Below, piece after piece: positions 1 through 9,308 of a stretch of DNA of 64,000 bases (positions within the stretch are counted from its first letter, which is position 1; every line of letters starts with the position of its first letter). Location of the stretch: the NCBI GenBank assembly GCA_963719225.1, contig CAVRAY010000001.1, positions 960,001-1,024,000 on the forward strand. The letters run 5' to 3'. The notes under the pieces are model-generated. The model ran no database searches. It worked only from the letters and a program-made list of their open reading frames with translations, and was not told the origin of the DNA. This DNA comes from Thermoanaerobaculia bacterium. Its GTDB lineage: Bacteria; Acidobacteriota; Thermoanaerobaculia; UBA5066. Both the position numbers and the translations under genes were made by a program.

Positions 1-1190
1 TCTTCCTCACGAAAAAGACGCGCCTCGTCAGGCACCCGCTCGGAGTCGTGGGCGTCATCGGTCCCTGGAATTTTCCGATCCTGAACAACGCGGCCGATGC
101 CGTCGCGCCGCTCCTCGCCGGCAACACGGTCGTGCTGAAGCCTTCCGAGGTCACGCCCCTGACGTCGTGCGTGCTGCGCGACCTGTGGGCGAGGGCCGGG
201 AATCCGCCGGACGTCTTTCAGGTCGTCACCGGGAGGGGTGCCGCCGGGGCCGCGCTGGTGGACCTCGTGGACGCGGTCATGTTCACCGGCTCGGTCGCGA
301 CGGGCCGGCGGATCGCCTCGCGCTGCGGCGAGCGGCTGATCCCGTGCGTGACCGAGCTGGGAGGCAAGTCGCCGTTCGTCGTCCTTCCGGGCGCGGATCT
401 CGAGCGGGCCGCAGAGGCCGCCGCGTGGTCGAGCTTCGTCCATTCGGGGCAGGTGTGCATCCGAACCGAGCGCATCTATGCGCACGCGTCCGTCGCGGAC
501 CGCTTCGAGCAGCTCCTCGTCTCGCGCGTCGCGGCGCTGCGCCAGGCGGTGCCCGATCCGTCGGGAGGCGCGCACGATCTCGGCGCCGTCACGTTCGCGC
601 GCCAGATCGCGGTCGTCGAGCGTCAGATCGCCGACGCGAAGGCGAAGGGGGCGCGCGTCCTGGTCGGCGGCGCGCGCCGCGGGAGCGGCCCCGGACTCTT
701 CTTCGAGCCCACGGTCCTGTCAGGCGCGACGCACGACATGGAGGTCATGCGCGAGGAGACGTTCGGCCCGCTCGTCCCCGTCATGCGCTTCTGGGAGGAC
801 GAGGAGGCGTTGCGCCTCGCGAACGACACGCATCTCGGGCTCAACGCGACGGTCTTCGGGCCCCCGCAAAAGGCCGAGGCCTTCGCGCGCCGGCTCAGGT
901 CCGGCCAGGCGATCGTGAACGACGTCCTCGTGAACTACTTCGTCGTGGAGTCGCCGCTCGGCGGGTGGCGCTCGAGCGGCCTCGGCGTGCGGCACGGCGT
1001 CGAAGGCATGAGGCAGTGGACGCGGACCGAGGCCATCACGACGCGACGGCCGCTTCTCGCGGTGGTCGATCGCTTCCTCGCGAGGAAGCTCGCGTTCCCG
1101 TACGACCCTCGAGTCCTCTCGGTCCTCAGAGGCGCCATGCGCCTCCTCTACCGGCGAGGACTTGCCGCGAAGCTGCGACGAGTGTCCTGA
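1..1190 (+). CDS. Aldehyde dehydrogenase family protein (5'-truncated by window edge)
   Basis: Frame open from base 3; PWNFP, LKPSE, FTGS, ELGGK (catalytic Glu), GQVC (catalytic Cys) and EETFGP motifs. Confidence 0.93.
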   Translation, partial: FLTKKTRLVRHPLGVVGVIGPWNFPILNNAADAVAPLLAGNTVVLKPSEVTPLTSCVLRDLWARAGNPPDVFQVVTGRGAAGAALVDLVDAVMFTGSVATGRRIASRCGERLIPCVTELGGKSPFVVLPGADLERAAEAAAWSSFVHSGQVCIRTERIYAHASVADRFEQLLVSRVAALRQAVPDPSGGAHDLGAVTFARQIAVVERQIADAKAKGARVLVGGARRGSGPGLFFEPTVLSGATHDMEVMREETFGPLVPVMRFWEDEEALRLANDTHLGLNATVFGPPQKAEAFARRLRSGQAIVNDVLVNYFVVESPLGGWRSSGLGVRHGVEGMRQWTRTEAITTRRPLLAVVDRFLARKLAFPYDPRVLSVLRGAMRLLYRRGLAAKLRRVS

Positions 1191-1215
1191 CGCGGCTCCC
1201 CGTACAATCGACCGG

Positions 1216-2343
1216 ATGAAGGCTTTTATCGCCGCGTTCGCGGCCTCGCTCCTCGTTTCTCTCGGGACGTCCGCGCAAACGGGCAAGCCTGCCTCGAAAC
1301 CCTCGCCCGCGACGACCGCCGGGCTCCAGGTCTCGACGGGCAGCGCCTCTCCGAAGGGGACTACCGGCGCGAAAGTGGAGGACATGCGCGTTCTCGAAAG
1401 CGCGTCCGCCGACCCCTTCGAGCTCGAGCGTCTCGGCCTCGCCGCCGTGAACGCGAACCAGCTCGACCGCGCGCGCGTGTTCTTCGAGCGCGCGTGGAAG
1501 GTCGGCGAGCTGCCCACCGCCGTGTACAACCTCGCCTGCCTCGACGCGCGGGCCGGGCGCGCCGATCAGGCCTTCGCGCGTCTCGAGAAGGCGGTCGCCG
1601 CGGGATTCGACGACGGCGCCGCGCTCGAGAAGGATCCCGATCTCGCGCCCCTTCGGGGCAAGCCGAAGTTCTCGTCGATCGTCTCGGGAGCGGCGAAGAA
1701 TCGAGCCGCTGGCGACGCGGCGACGGTGAAGGAAGGCGTCTTTCTGAAGCCCAAGGACGGCGCCCTCGCGATCCTCCTTCTCCTCCACGACAAGGAGTCC
1801 GATCCCTTCACCGTGAGCGGGCCCTTCACGGACCTCGCGCTCTCGCACCATCTCTTCGTCGCGGCTCCACGCGGTCCCGGCCGCTCGGCCAAGAAGCGGT
1901 TCGGCTGGGGCTCCCAGGACCGTGCCGCGAAGGCGATCGACGCGGCCGTTTCGGCCGCGCGAAAGAAGGCCGGCGACCCGAAGCTCCCCGTGCTCCTCGT
2001 GGGCGTGGGTCGGGGCGGAACCGAAGCCTTCACGGCCGCGGCCCGGGGCGCGCCGCGCGCGTTCGCGGGCGTCGGGTCGATCGGAGGCCCCTTCGACCCG
2101 GGCGCCGTCCCGAATCCCACCGGGCTTCGGGGGACGCGTCTCTTCCTCGGTTTCTCACGCGACGCGACGCCGGCCGAGCTCGCGGCGATCCGGCGCGGCA
2201 TCGAGGTCCTCCGCCAGCAGGGGTTCCAACCGGTGGTCGCCGAGTGGCCGGGAGCGGGCTCAGGCTTCCCCAGGGACGTGCCCCGCGCCGTGAAGGAGAC
2301 GCTCGACGCGTTCGCGGGCCAGGCTCCCGCGGCATCGCGCTGA
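1216..2343 (+). CDS. Secreted TPR-like plus alpha/beta-hydrolase-fold protein (probably non-catalytic)
   Basis: Signal peptide MKAFIAAFAASLLVSLG; 'YNLACLDARAG...LEKDPDLAPLRG' TPR-end motif; esterase-like C-terminal half; TACAAT 7 nt before ATG 1216. Confidence 0.65.
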   Translation: MKAFIAAFAASLLVSLGTSAQTGKPASKPSPATTAGLQVSTGSASPKGTTGAKVEDMRVLESASADPFELERLGLAAVNANQLDRARVFFERAWKVGELPTAVYNLACLDARAGRADQAFARLEKAVAAGFDDGAALEKDPDLAPLRGKPKFSSIVSGAAKNRAAGDAATVKEGVFLKPKDGALAILLLLHDKESDPFTVSGPFTDLALSHHLFVAAPRGPGRSAKKRFGWGSQDRAAKAIDAAVSAARKKAGDPKLPVLLVGVGRGGTEAFTAAARGAPRAFAGVGSIGGPFDPGAVPNPTGLRGTRLFLGFSRDATPAELAAIRRGIEVLRQQGFQPVVAEWPGAGSGFPRDVPRAVKETLDAFAGQAPAASR

Positions 2344-2349
2344 CCCCGC

Positions 2350-3483
2350 ATGGCCGTCGACTTCTACCGCCACTCGCTAGGGGAAGAGGAGAAGGCCGCC
2401 GTCCGCGACGTTCTCGACTCCCTCTTCCTGACGACAGGGCAGAGGGTCTACGCCTTCGAGAAGGCGTTCGAGGAGTATCTCGGCGTACCGGCCGTCGTGT
2501 GCACGGCCCACGCCACGGCCGCCCTGCACATGTCCATGCTCGCGGCGGGCGTCGGCCCGGGGGACGAGGTCGTCACGACGCCGATGACGTTTCTGTCTTC
2601 GGCGAACGCGATCGTGTACGCGGGTGGAACGCCCGTTTTCGTCGACGTCGATCCCGCGACCGCGAACATCGATCCCGCCGCCGTCGCGTCGGCGATCACG
2701 CCGCGCACCAAAGCGATCATCGCCGTCGATCTCTACGGTCTCATGGCGGACATGGTGGCGCTCCGGAGTCTCGCCGACCGCCACGACCTCGTGCTCGTCG
2801 AGGACGCCGCGCACTGCGTCGAGGGGCGCCGCGACGGCTTCGGGCCCGGGCGGCTCGCGGACTACGGCTGCTTCAGCTTCTATGCCACGAAGAACCTCAC
2901 GTGCGGCGAGGGCGGCGCGATCACGGCGCGCGATGGGACGAAGAAGAACCTGCTCCGGCAGCTCGGCTCGCACGGCATGTCGAAAAACGCGGCCGACCGT
3001 TACGCCGGCACGTACCAGCACTGGGACATGGAGCGCCTCGGGTACAAGTACAACCTCTCGGACGTGAACGCGGCGCTGCTCCTCCCGCAGCTCCCGAAGC
3101 TCGCGAAGAGGCTCGAGCGCCGCGAGGAGATCTGCCGCCGCTACGAGGCCGCTTTCCGCGAGACGCCGGGCGTCTCTTTCCCGATCGTGCCCGCGGGCAT
3201 GACGTCCGGGCGCCACCTCTTCACGATCTGGGTGGATCCCGAAAAGCGCGACGCCGTTCTCGCCGGCATCCAGGCGCGAGGGGTCGGCGTCGCGGTGAAC
3301 TACCGCGCCGTCCACCTCACGAAGTTCTATCAGGAGCGCTTCGGCTTCCGCCGAGGCATGTTCCCTCAGGCCGAGCGCATCGGCGACTCCACGATCACGA
3401 TCCCGCTCTGGCCCGCGATGACCGATGCGCAGGTCGACGAGGTCATCGCGGCCGTGAAGGCAGCGGTGGCGGACGCGGGTTAG
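2350..3483 (+). CDS. DegT/DnrJ/EryC1/StrS family PLP-dependent (sugar) aminotransferase
   Basis: EDAAH, FSFYATKN (PLP Lys), GEGG and GYKYNLSD motifs. Confidence 0.92.
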   Translation: MAVDFYRHSLGEEEKAAVRDVLDSLFLTTGQRVYAFEKAFEEYLGVPAVVCTAHATAALHMSMLAAGVGPGDEVVTTPMTFLSSANAIVYAGGTPVFVDVDPATANIDPAAVASAITPRTKAIIAVDLYGLMADMVALRSLADRHDLVLVEDAAHCVEGRRDGFGPGRLADYGCFSFYATKNLTCGEGGAITARDGTKKNLLRQLGSHGMSKNAADRYAGTYQHWDMERLGYKYNLSDVNAALLLPQLPKLAKRLERREEICRRYEAAFRETPGVSFPIVPAGMTSGRHLFTIWVDPEKRDAVLAGIQARGVGVAVNYRAVHLTKFYQERFGFRRGMFPQAERIGDSTITIPLWPAMTDAQVDEVIAAVKAAVADAG

Positions 3484-3487
3484 CCCC

Positions 3488-5320
3488 TCACGCCGGGCCG
3501 GTCGAGTCCACGATCCTCAGAAGGTCCTTTTCGGGATCGAGCGCGATGCCGGCGACGAACTTCTTCGAAGGGTTCGGAATCGTGACGATGGTCGTCGGCG
3601 TGGCGCCGTCCAGGTTCACGGTCACGTCGGACGTCGTCCCGTCGACGTACGTGATCCGCACGGGGAGCGGGATGACGTAGAAGGGCTTGTCGCCCGGGCC
3701 TGCGACGGGATGGACGACCGTGTGGCCCTGCGCCTGCGTGACCGCCAGCGCCACCGACGAGGCGTCGAGCGCGGTGTGGAACGTGGCGCTGAGCACGGGC
3801 CGGAACGGCGTCTCGACCCACTGGTCGAAGAACTGCTTGAGGTCGAGGCCGCTGGCCTTTTCGAAGTCGGCGCGCAAGTCGGCGCGCGACGCCGTGCCCC
3901 ACGCGTGCGCGTCGCCGTACGCGCGAAGCGCCGGGAAGAACGTGGCGTCGCCCACGAGCCGGCGCAGCATGTGCAGGGCGCGCGCCCCCTTGTAGTAGAC
4001 GGCGCCCGTGTTCGCGAAGGGTCGCGCCGGGTCGGCCACGACGGTCGGCGCGAGCCGGCCGCCGTAGAGGTTGTCGTCGTAGGACGTCGACAGCGTGGCC
4101 CCGGGCGCGAAGCCGAGCGCCTTCTCGAGGTACAGGACTTCGCCGTACGTCGCGAACCCTTCGTTCAGCCAGATGTCGTCCCAGGTCCGCATCGTCACGC
4201 GGTCGCCCCACCAGTCGTGCGAGAGCTCGTGGACGAGGAGGGTCGTGATGTCCCGCGCGGTGTTCGCGAGGATGCTCGTGCCGATCGACGTCAGCGTCGG
4301 GTGCTCCATGCCGCCCGAGAAGGACGAGGCGACGATGCCGTACTTCGTGTCGAGAAACGGGTACTCGCCGAACATGGAGGCCAGCGTCGCCATATGGCTC
4401 TTGATCGCGGAGAGCCGGGAGACGTTCTCGGCGGCGTACTCCGGCAGGAGGTACGAGCGAATCGGCATCATCCGGCCGTCGAGCGCCGTGTACGTGTCCT
4501 CGACGGTCACGTAGTTCGCGACGTTGAGCGAGACGAGGTACGTCGAGATCGCTTGCGGCAGCTTCCAGGTGTACGTGTTCCGGCCACCGCCCGCGCTGGC
4601 GACGGAGACCACGCCCGCGGAAGCCGCGACGTACCCCGCCGGAACCGTCGCATGAACGGTCACGACGGCCTTGTCCTTCGGGTCGTCCACGCACGGCCAG
4701 AACGTGCGCGCGAGAAACGGCTCGGCGACGCTCGTCGCGGAATAGCCCGTGTCGTGCTGCCAGAAATCGAGGGCGGCCGCACCGGGAGGTTGTCCGCCGT
4801 AAGAGATCGAGATCGTCGTGCGCTCCTCGGAGCCCAGCGGCGGATCGAACGGAATCAAGAGCTTGCCCGAGGCGTGAACGGCCGGGACCGCATTGCCGTC
4901 GCGCGACGTCGCCGTCACGAAGTACGCGTCATCGAGGTCCAGGGCGAGGGAAGAGGTCCGGCGCGCGAAGCCGGCCACGCGGATCACGGTCTTCCCCGCG
5001 AGGAACCGCACGGCGGGGTCGATGTCGAACGAGACGTCGTAGGAGAGAACGTCGACGCCGCGTTCCACGCCCTCGACGGAAGGAGGCACGATGCCGGCCG
5101 CGGCGCGGGCGGCGGCTGCGGCCTGGAAGCGCGCCCGCTTGGCCGCGGCCTCGACGTGCTCGCGGAGCGGGCCGCGGTCGATGTCGAGGGAGGGAAAAGA
5201 AAGAGAGGATGCTGTGAAAGAAAGAAAGAAGAGGAGGAGGACGGCAAGAGCGCCCGCGCCAAGGCCGTGTGCCGCGTTCCGGCCACTGCGGGGCCGCCCC
5301 CCTCTTCCTCTTCTAAGCAT
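3488..5320 (-). CDS. Secreted M1 family zinc aminopeptidase
   Basis: GGMEH, HELSHxW and NEGFATY motifs; YYKG; hydrophobic N-terminal segment. Confidence 0.9.
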   Translation of the reverse strand: MLRRGRGGRPRSGRNAAHGLGAGALAVLLLFFLSFTASSLSFPSLDIDRGPLREHVEAAAKRARFQAAAAARAAAGIVPPSVEGVERGVDVLSYDVSFDIDPAVRFLAGKTVIRVAGFARRTSSLALDLDDAYFVTATSRDGNAVPAVHASGKLLIPFDPPLGSEERTTISISYGGQPPGAAALDFWQHDTGYSATSVAEPFLARTFWPCVDDPKDKAVVTVHATVPAGYVAASAGVVSVASAGGGRNTYTWKLPQAISTYLVSLNVANYVTVEDTYTALDGRMMPIRSYLLPEYAAENVSRLSAIKSHMATLASMFGEYPFLDTKYGIVASSFSGGMEHPTLTSIGTSILANTARDITTLLVHELSHDWWGDRVTMRTWDDIWLNEGFATYGEVLYLEKALGFAPGATLSTSYDDNLYGGRLAPTVVADPARPFANTGAVYYKGARALHMLRRLVGDATFFPALRAYGDAHAWGTASRADLRADFEKASGLDLKQFFDQWVETPFRPVLSATFHTALDASSVALAVTQAQGHTVVHPVAGPGDKPFYVIPLPVRITYVDGTTSDVTVNLDGATPTTIVTIPNPSKKFVAGIALDPEKDLLRIVDSTGPA

Positions 5321-5355
5321 CTTCGGTTCTTTCCCCGGTGCCCGTCCTCGTAATC

Positions 5356-6825
5356 CTACGCGAGAGATTTTCCGATGGCCTCACCGCTCGCGATGCGTTC
5401 GCCGAGTGCGATGCCGTCGCGAAACCCCCCGGTGACGCGCAGCGCGCCGGGAGCCACCGCGTCGAGCGCCGCGAGATCCTCCTCGAGCGCTGCAAGCGTG
5501 CGGTGGTGGCCGAGCGGAAGCTGCGGGATCGCCTCCGGCCAGCGCGCGATCCACGAGCGCGCGGCCGGGCCGAGGCGCGGAAAGAAACGCGCGACCTCCG
5601 CGGACGCGACGGCAAGGAGGTCCGCGTCGGGAGCGCCCGCGAGTTCCCGGTCGAGGGCCCCGCCGAGAAACGATGTCGTGAGGACGAAGCCTTCCGGCGC
5701 CCTCCCCGTGAAGAGCGAAGCCGGATAGAGGATGCCGAGAGAGCGGAATCCTTCCACCTGCGGGATGAGCCCGCCGAAACCCTTCGGGGCGTCGCCCGGC
5801 GACGCCGGCGCGCGGTAGGCCTGCATCACCACGGTGACGGGCGAGGACGGCACGAGAGCGAGGGCGGCGGATGAGCGCGTCAGGATGCCGTCGAAGAGCC
5901 GCGCGTCGGCGGGAGCCGAAAGTGTCGACACGAGGACGTCGGCGTCGAAGCCGCGCCCGTCGGCCGTGCGCACGGTCCAGCGGCGCCCAGGCGGGGAGGG
6001 GATGCGCGGCCCTTCGATCTCGACGACGGCCGCGTTCAGCTCCAATTGGAAGCCGGGTCGCTCCCTCAGGCGGCTTTGAAGTGTTTCTATGAGGGTATAA
6101 AGGCCGCCCTCGAAAGTCAGGGTTCGCGCGCGATGGCGCGCGGGGGTTCTTGACGCGCTTCCGGTCGTTGCAACCGCAACATCATCCGCCGCGGCGCCCC
6201 CCGGTGCGCCGCCCTTGCCCTCTATCCCTCTAAGAAAATCTTTCTTCTTCCTCTTTCTAAGAAGCCCCCTTATGACGCTTCCCGCTGCTCCCTCCGCCTC
6301 CCAGAGCCTCGGGAACGCAGATCGCATCGAAAGCGAGCGCGGATCCCCCGCGTAGACGCCGGAAACCATCGGCCCCGCGCCGTAGAGGGCCGCCTCTTCG
6401 CCGAAGCGCCGCGCGAAGAAGGAGTGGACGCTCTCGTCCTCCAGGGACGCCGGGCGGGGCGGAACGAAGGGCTCCTTGAGGAGGCGCAGCTTGCCTTTCA
6501 GCGTGAAGACTCTGTTGAAGAGCGCTGCGGGGCCGGGCACAACGGCGCGAGGCGAGCCGCCGCGCACGATCCAGCGCGGAGCCTTGCCGTCCGCCTTGAC
6601 GGTCCGGGGCTCGAGGCCGAGGCCGGCGAGGAGGCGCTCGGCCGCCTCGGTCGTGCGGAGAGTGTTCGGCCCGCACTCGAGCGTGAACCCGTCCTCGCGG
6701 ATCGTCCGGATCGAGCCGCCCGGCCGCGGACCCGCCTCGAGGATGACGGTTTCGCCGGGGCCCGTGCGCCGGAACGCGACCGAGAGTCCGGCGATTCCTC
6801 CTCCGAGGATCACGACGCGCGTCAC
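5356..6825 (-). CDS. hemY: Protoporphyrinogen/coproporphyrinogen oxidase (HemY-type FAD oxidase)
   Basis: GTG start overlapping hemH stop (GTGA); GGGIAGLS dinucleotide fold, GPN, GVYAGDP, AIPQ; heme cluster context. Confidence 0.88.
   Translation of the reverse strand: MTRVVILGGGIAGLSVAFRRTGPGETVILEAGPRPGGSIRTIREDGFTLECGPNTLRTTEAAERLLAGLGLEPRTVKADGKAPRWIVRGGSPRAVVPGPAALFNRVFTLKGKLRLLKEPFVPPRPASLEDESVHSFFARRFGEEAALYGAGPMVSGVYAGDPRSLSMRSAFPRLWEAEGAAGSVIRGLLRKRKKKDFLRGIEGKGGAPGGAAADDVAVATTGSASRTPARHRARTLTFEGGLYTLIETLQSRLRERPGFQLELNAAVVEIEGPRIPSPPGRRWTVRTADGRGFDADVLVSTLSAPADARLFDGILTRSSAALALVPSSPVTVVMQAYRAPASPGDAPKGFGGLIPQVEGFRSLGILYPASLFTGRAPEGFVLTTSFLGGALDRELAGAPDADLLAVASAEVARFFPRLGPAARSWIARWPEAIPQLPLGHHRTLAALEEDLAALDAVAPGALRVTGGFRDGIALGERIASGEAIGKSLA
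6221..6270 (+). repeat. Two tandem copies of the dispersed (C)TTCTAAGAA(A)ATC motif with pyrimidine tract, in frame inside hemY
   Basis: CCCTCTAAGAAAATC at 6226-6240 and TTCTAAGAA at 6255-6263; AT-rich island in a ~70% GC gene. Confidence 0.6.
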
Positions 6826-7811
6826 GCGGCGGCCTTTTCCACGATGTCCGCGAGGCTTCGGATGAACTCCGGATGATCGTTGAGGCCTTCGGCGACGGCG
6901 TAATGCGGGATGCCGAGGCGCGCCGCCTCCTCGCCGAAGAGCATCCGGATCTCGTACAGCGTCTCGACGTGGTCCGAGACGAAAGCGACCGGGACGACGA
7001 GCACCTGCTTCTCGCCCGCCTTCGCGAGGTCCGCGAGGACGTCGGGGGTCGAAGGGCCGAGCCATTCGACGGGCCCGACCTTCGACTGGTAGCCGAGTCG
7101 CGACCGGTAGCGGTTCCCGAGCGCCGCGTCGATCAACCGGACGGTGTCCTCGATGTGGCCGGGGTAGGGATCCTTCTCTTTCGTGACGGTCTTGACGGGC
7201 AGCGAGTGCGCCGAATAGAGGACCACGGTCCGTCCGGGATCCTGGTCCGGCAGCCGTGCGACCGCGGCAAGGATGCGGTCCACGTGCGCCGCGATGAAGC
7301 CCGGCTCGTCGTACCACGCATCGGGCGCGTTCCGGCGTTCGGGCGCCCAGCCCATCGCCGCGAGCGCGCGCGACGTGCGCGTGAACGAGCCGCGTGTCGT
7401 CGTCACGGAGTACTGGGGATAGAGCGGCAGAACGAGGAGCCGCGTGGCCCCGGCGGCGCGCAGCTCATCGAGAGCGTTCTCCACCGTGGGCGCCGAGCAC
7501 GTCATGCCGACGCGCACGGCAGGCGCGGGCGCACCTGCTTCCCGCCGCGCGGCCAGCGCCTCTTCGAGCAGGCGGGCCTGCGTCTCCGACCAGCGTCGGA
7601 TCGGCGACCATCCGATGCGCTCGTAGATGACAGCGGACTGAGGCGCGCGCAGCGTCGCGATCGTCCACGCCACGAGCTTCCTGAGCGGCGCGAACCGGAT
7701 GTTCAGGATCTCGGGATCCACGAACAGCTCGTACAGAAATGGCTTGAGCTCCTCGTGCCGCTCCGGCCCCCCGAGCTGGACGAGGAGGACGCCCAGCTTC
7801 TCGCCGCTCAC
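6822..7811 (-). CDS. hemH: Ferrochelatase
   Basis: GVLLVQLGGP, PLYPQYS, SAHSLP, YQSKVGPVEWLGP, FVSDHVETLYEI; GTG overlaps hemN stop. Confidence 0.93.
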   Translation of the reverse strand: MSGEKLGVLLVQLGGPERHEELKPFLYELFVDPEILNIRFAPLRKLVAWTIATLRAPQSAVIYERIGWSPIRRWSETQARLLEEALAARREAGAPAPAVRVGMTCSAPTVENALDELRAAGATRLLVLPLYPQYSVTTTRGSFTRTSRALAAMGWAPERRNAPDAWYDEPGFIAAHVDRILAAVARLPDQDPGRTVVLYSAHSLPVKTVTKEKDPYPGHIEDTVRLIDAALGNRYRSRLGYQSKVGPVEWLGPSTPDVLADLAKAGEKQVLVVPVAFVSDHVETLYEIRMLFGEEAARLGIPHYAVAEGLNDHPEFIRSLADIVEKAAA

Positions 7812-9235
7812 AGCGTCCGCGAAAAGATCTTCGGCGCGTCGGGGGCCTTCTGCTCGAGGTACGCGTCGAAGAGCATCGCGACGTTGCGGATGAAGATCCT
7901 GCCGAGCGTGGTCACGCGGATCTCGTCCGGCGTCAGCTCGACCATTCCGTCCGCGACGAACTCGGGAAGCCGGGCGATCGCCGAGGCGAAGGTCTCGTCG
8001 AACGAACGGAGGGAGTACGCGCGCTCGATCGCGCGCTTGTCGATGACGCAGTGGCAGAGGAGTCGCGTGATGACGTCGCGCCTCAGGAAGTCGTCGGCCG
8101 TGAGCCGGTGCCCCTTGACGGTCGAGAAGCGCCCCTCCTCCGTCGCCTGGTGGTAGAGGCCGTAGTCTTTCGTGTTCTGCACGTACGTGTCGTCGATCGA
8201 GCCGATCGCCGAGACGCCGAGCCCGTAGAGGTCGCAGCCGGCGTGCGTCGTGTAGCCCTGGAAGTTGCGATGGAGGGTGCGGTCCTTCTGCGCCTTGACG
8301 ATCTCGTCGTGCGGCAGCGCGAAGTGGTCCATGCCGATGTACGTGTAGCCCGCCGCCGTGAAGCGCTCGATGCCGGAGACGAAGATCGCGAACTTCTCCG
8401 TGCCTTCCGGCAGGTGCGCCGCGAGGACGCGCTGCGGCCGCTTGAGCCACGGCACGTGCGCGTAGGAGTACATCGCGACGCGGTCCGGGTGCAGCGAGAT
8501 GATCTGCTCGACGCTCTTCTCGAAGCCCGCCCTCTTCTGGCCGGGAAGGCCGTAGATCATGTCGAGGTTCACGGAGGCGTAGCCGAGATCTCGGGCGGCC
8601 TCGACGAGCGCCTTCGTCATCTCGAAGGGCTGGATGCGGTTCACGAGCTCCTGCACCTCGGGGTCGAAGTCCTGGACGCCCATCGACACGCGATTGAAGC
8701 CGCGGTTCCTGAGGACGGCGAGGTGCTCCGGCGTCGTGACGCGCGGATCCACCTCGACGGAGACTTCCGCGTCCCCGGCGGGCCGGAACGTCTCGAGAAG
8801 ATGCTGCGCGAGCCGGTCCGCCTGCTTCGGCGTGAGGTACGTCGGCGTGCCGCCGCCCCAGTGGACCTGCTTGATCGCGCGCGCGCCGTCGAGGTGCGAC
8901 GCGAGGATGTCGATCTCGCGATGGACGTCCGCGAGGTAGGGCTCGATCTCCTCGCGCGCGTCGCTTCCGCGGTCGGGTTTCGGGACGACCTTCATGAAGC
9001 AGCCGCAGAACCAGCATTGCTCGTCGCAGAAGGGGAGATGGACGTAGAGGGAGACGGGCGACCCCTTCGCATCCGCGCGCGCGCAGGCGGCCTCGCAGTC
9101 GGCGGGGGACGAGTCGGTCCACTCCGGGGCGGTCGGATACGACGTGTAGCGCGGGCCCTGGACGTTGTATTTCTCGAGCAGCTCCGTCGTCATCGGGAGC
9201 GTCTCGCCGTGGAGCCGGATCGGGATTGCCGTCAC
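7808..9235 (-). CDS. hemN: Oxygen-independent coproporphyrinogen III oxidase (radical SAM)
   Basis: GPRYTSYPTA, YVHLPFCxxxCxFCGC, HWGGGTPT, IGMDHFA, RNFQGYTT, C-terminal FSRT; alternative ATG at 9193. Confidence 0.95.
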   Translation of the reverse strand: MTAIPIRLHGETLPMTTELLEKYNVQGPRYTSYPTAPEWTDSSPADCEAACARADAKGSPVSLYVHLPFCDEQCWFCGCFMKVVPKPDRGSDAREEIEPYLADVHREIDILASHLDGARAIKQVHWGGGTPTYLTPKQADRLAQHLLETFRPAGDAEVSVEVDPRVTTPEHLAVLRNRGFNRVSMGVQDFDPEVQELVNRIQPFEMTKALVEAARDLGYASVNLDMIYGLPGQKRAGFEKSVEQIISLHPDRVAMYSYAHVPWLKRPQRVLAAHLPEGTEKFAIFVSGIERFTAAGYTYIGMDHFALPHDEIVKAQKDRTLHRNFQGYTTHAGCDLYGLGVSAIGSIDDTYVQNTKDYGLYHQATEEGRFSTVKGHRLTADDFLRRDVITRLLCHCVIDKRAIERAYSLRSFDETFASAIARLPEFVADGMVELTPDEIRVTTLGRIFIRNVAMLFDAYLEQKAPDAPKIFSRTL

Positions 9236-9271
9236 GCGCGCGAGGTTAGCACCGCCCGCGACGGCGTCTCA

Positions 9272-9287
9272 TCTTGCAATTGCATCA
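9272..9287 (-). promoter_or_regulatory. Putative 7-2-7 activator site upstream of hemN (TGATGCA-AT-TGCAAGA); extended -10 TGcTAACCT at 9243-9251
   Basis: Centre 44.5 nt from the start codon; same spacing at ccsA and similar at mtrC, DHOD-like and lysC promoters. Confidence 0.6.
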
Positions 9288-9308
9288 GGCGAGCGAGGCG
9301 AGTGGGTG

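Noticed and set aside
5356-9122. Apparent long N-terminal extensions of HemY, HemH, HemA, HemC, KynU, ThrC and the ABC permease in the ORF track
   Set aside because: Artefacts of taking the first start codon; true starts coincide with 4-nt stop/start overlaps.
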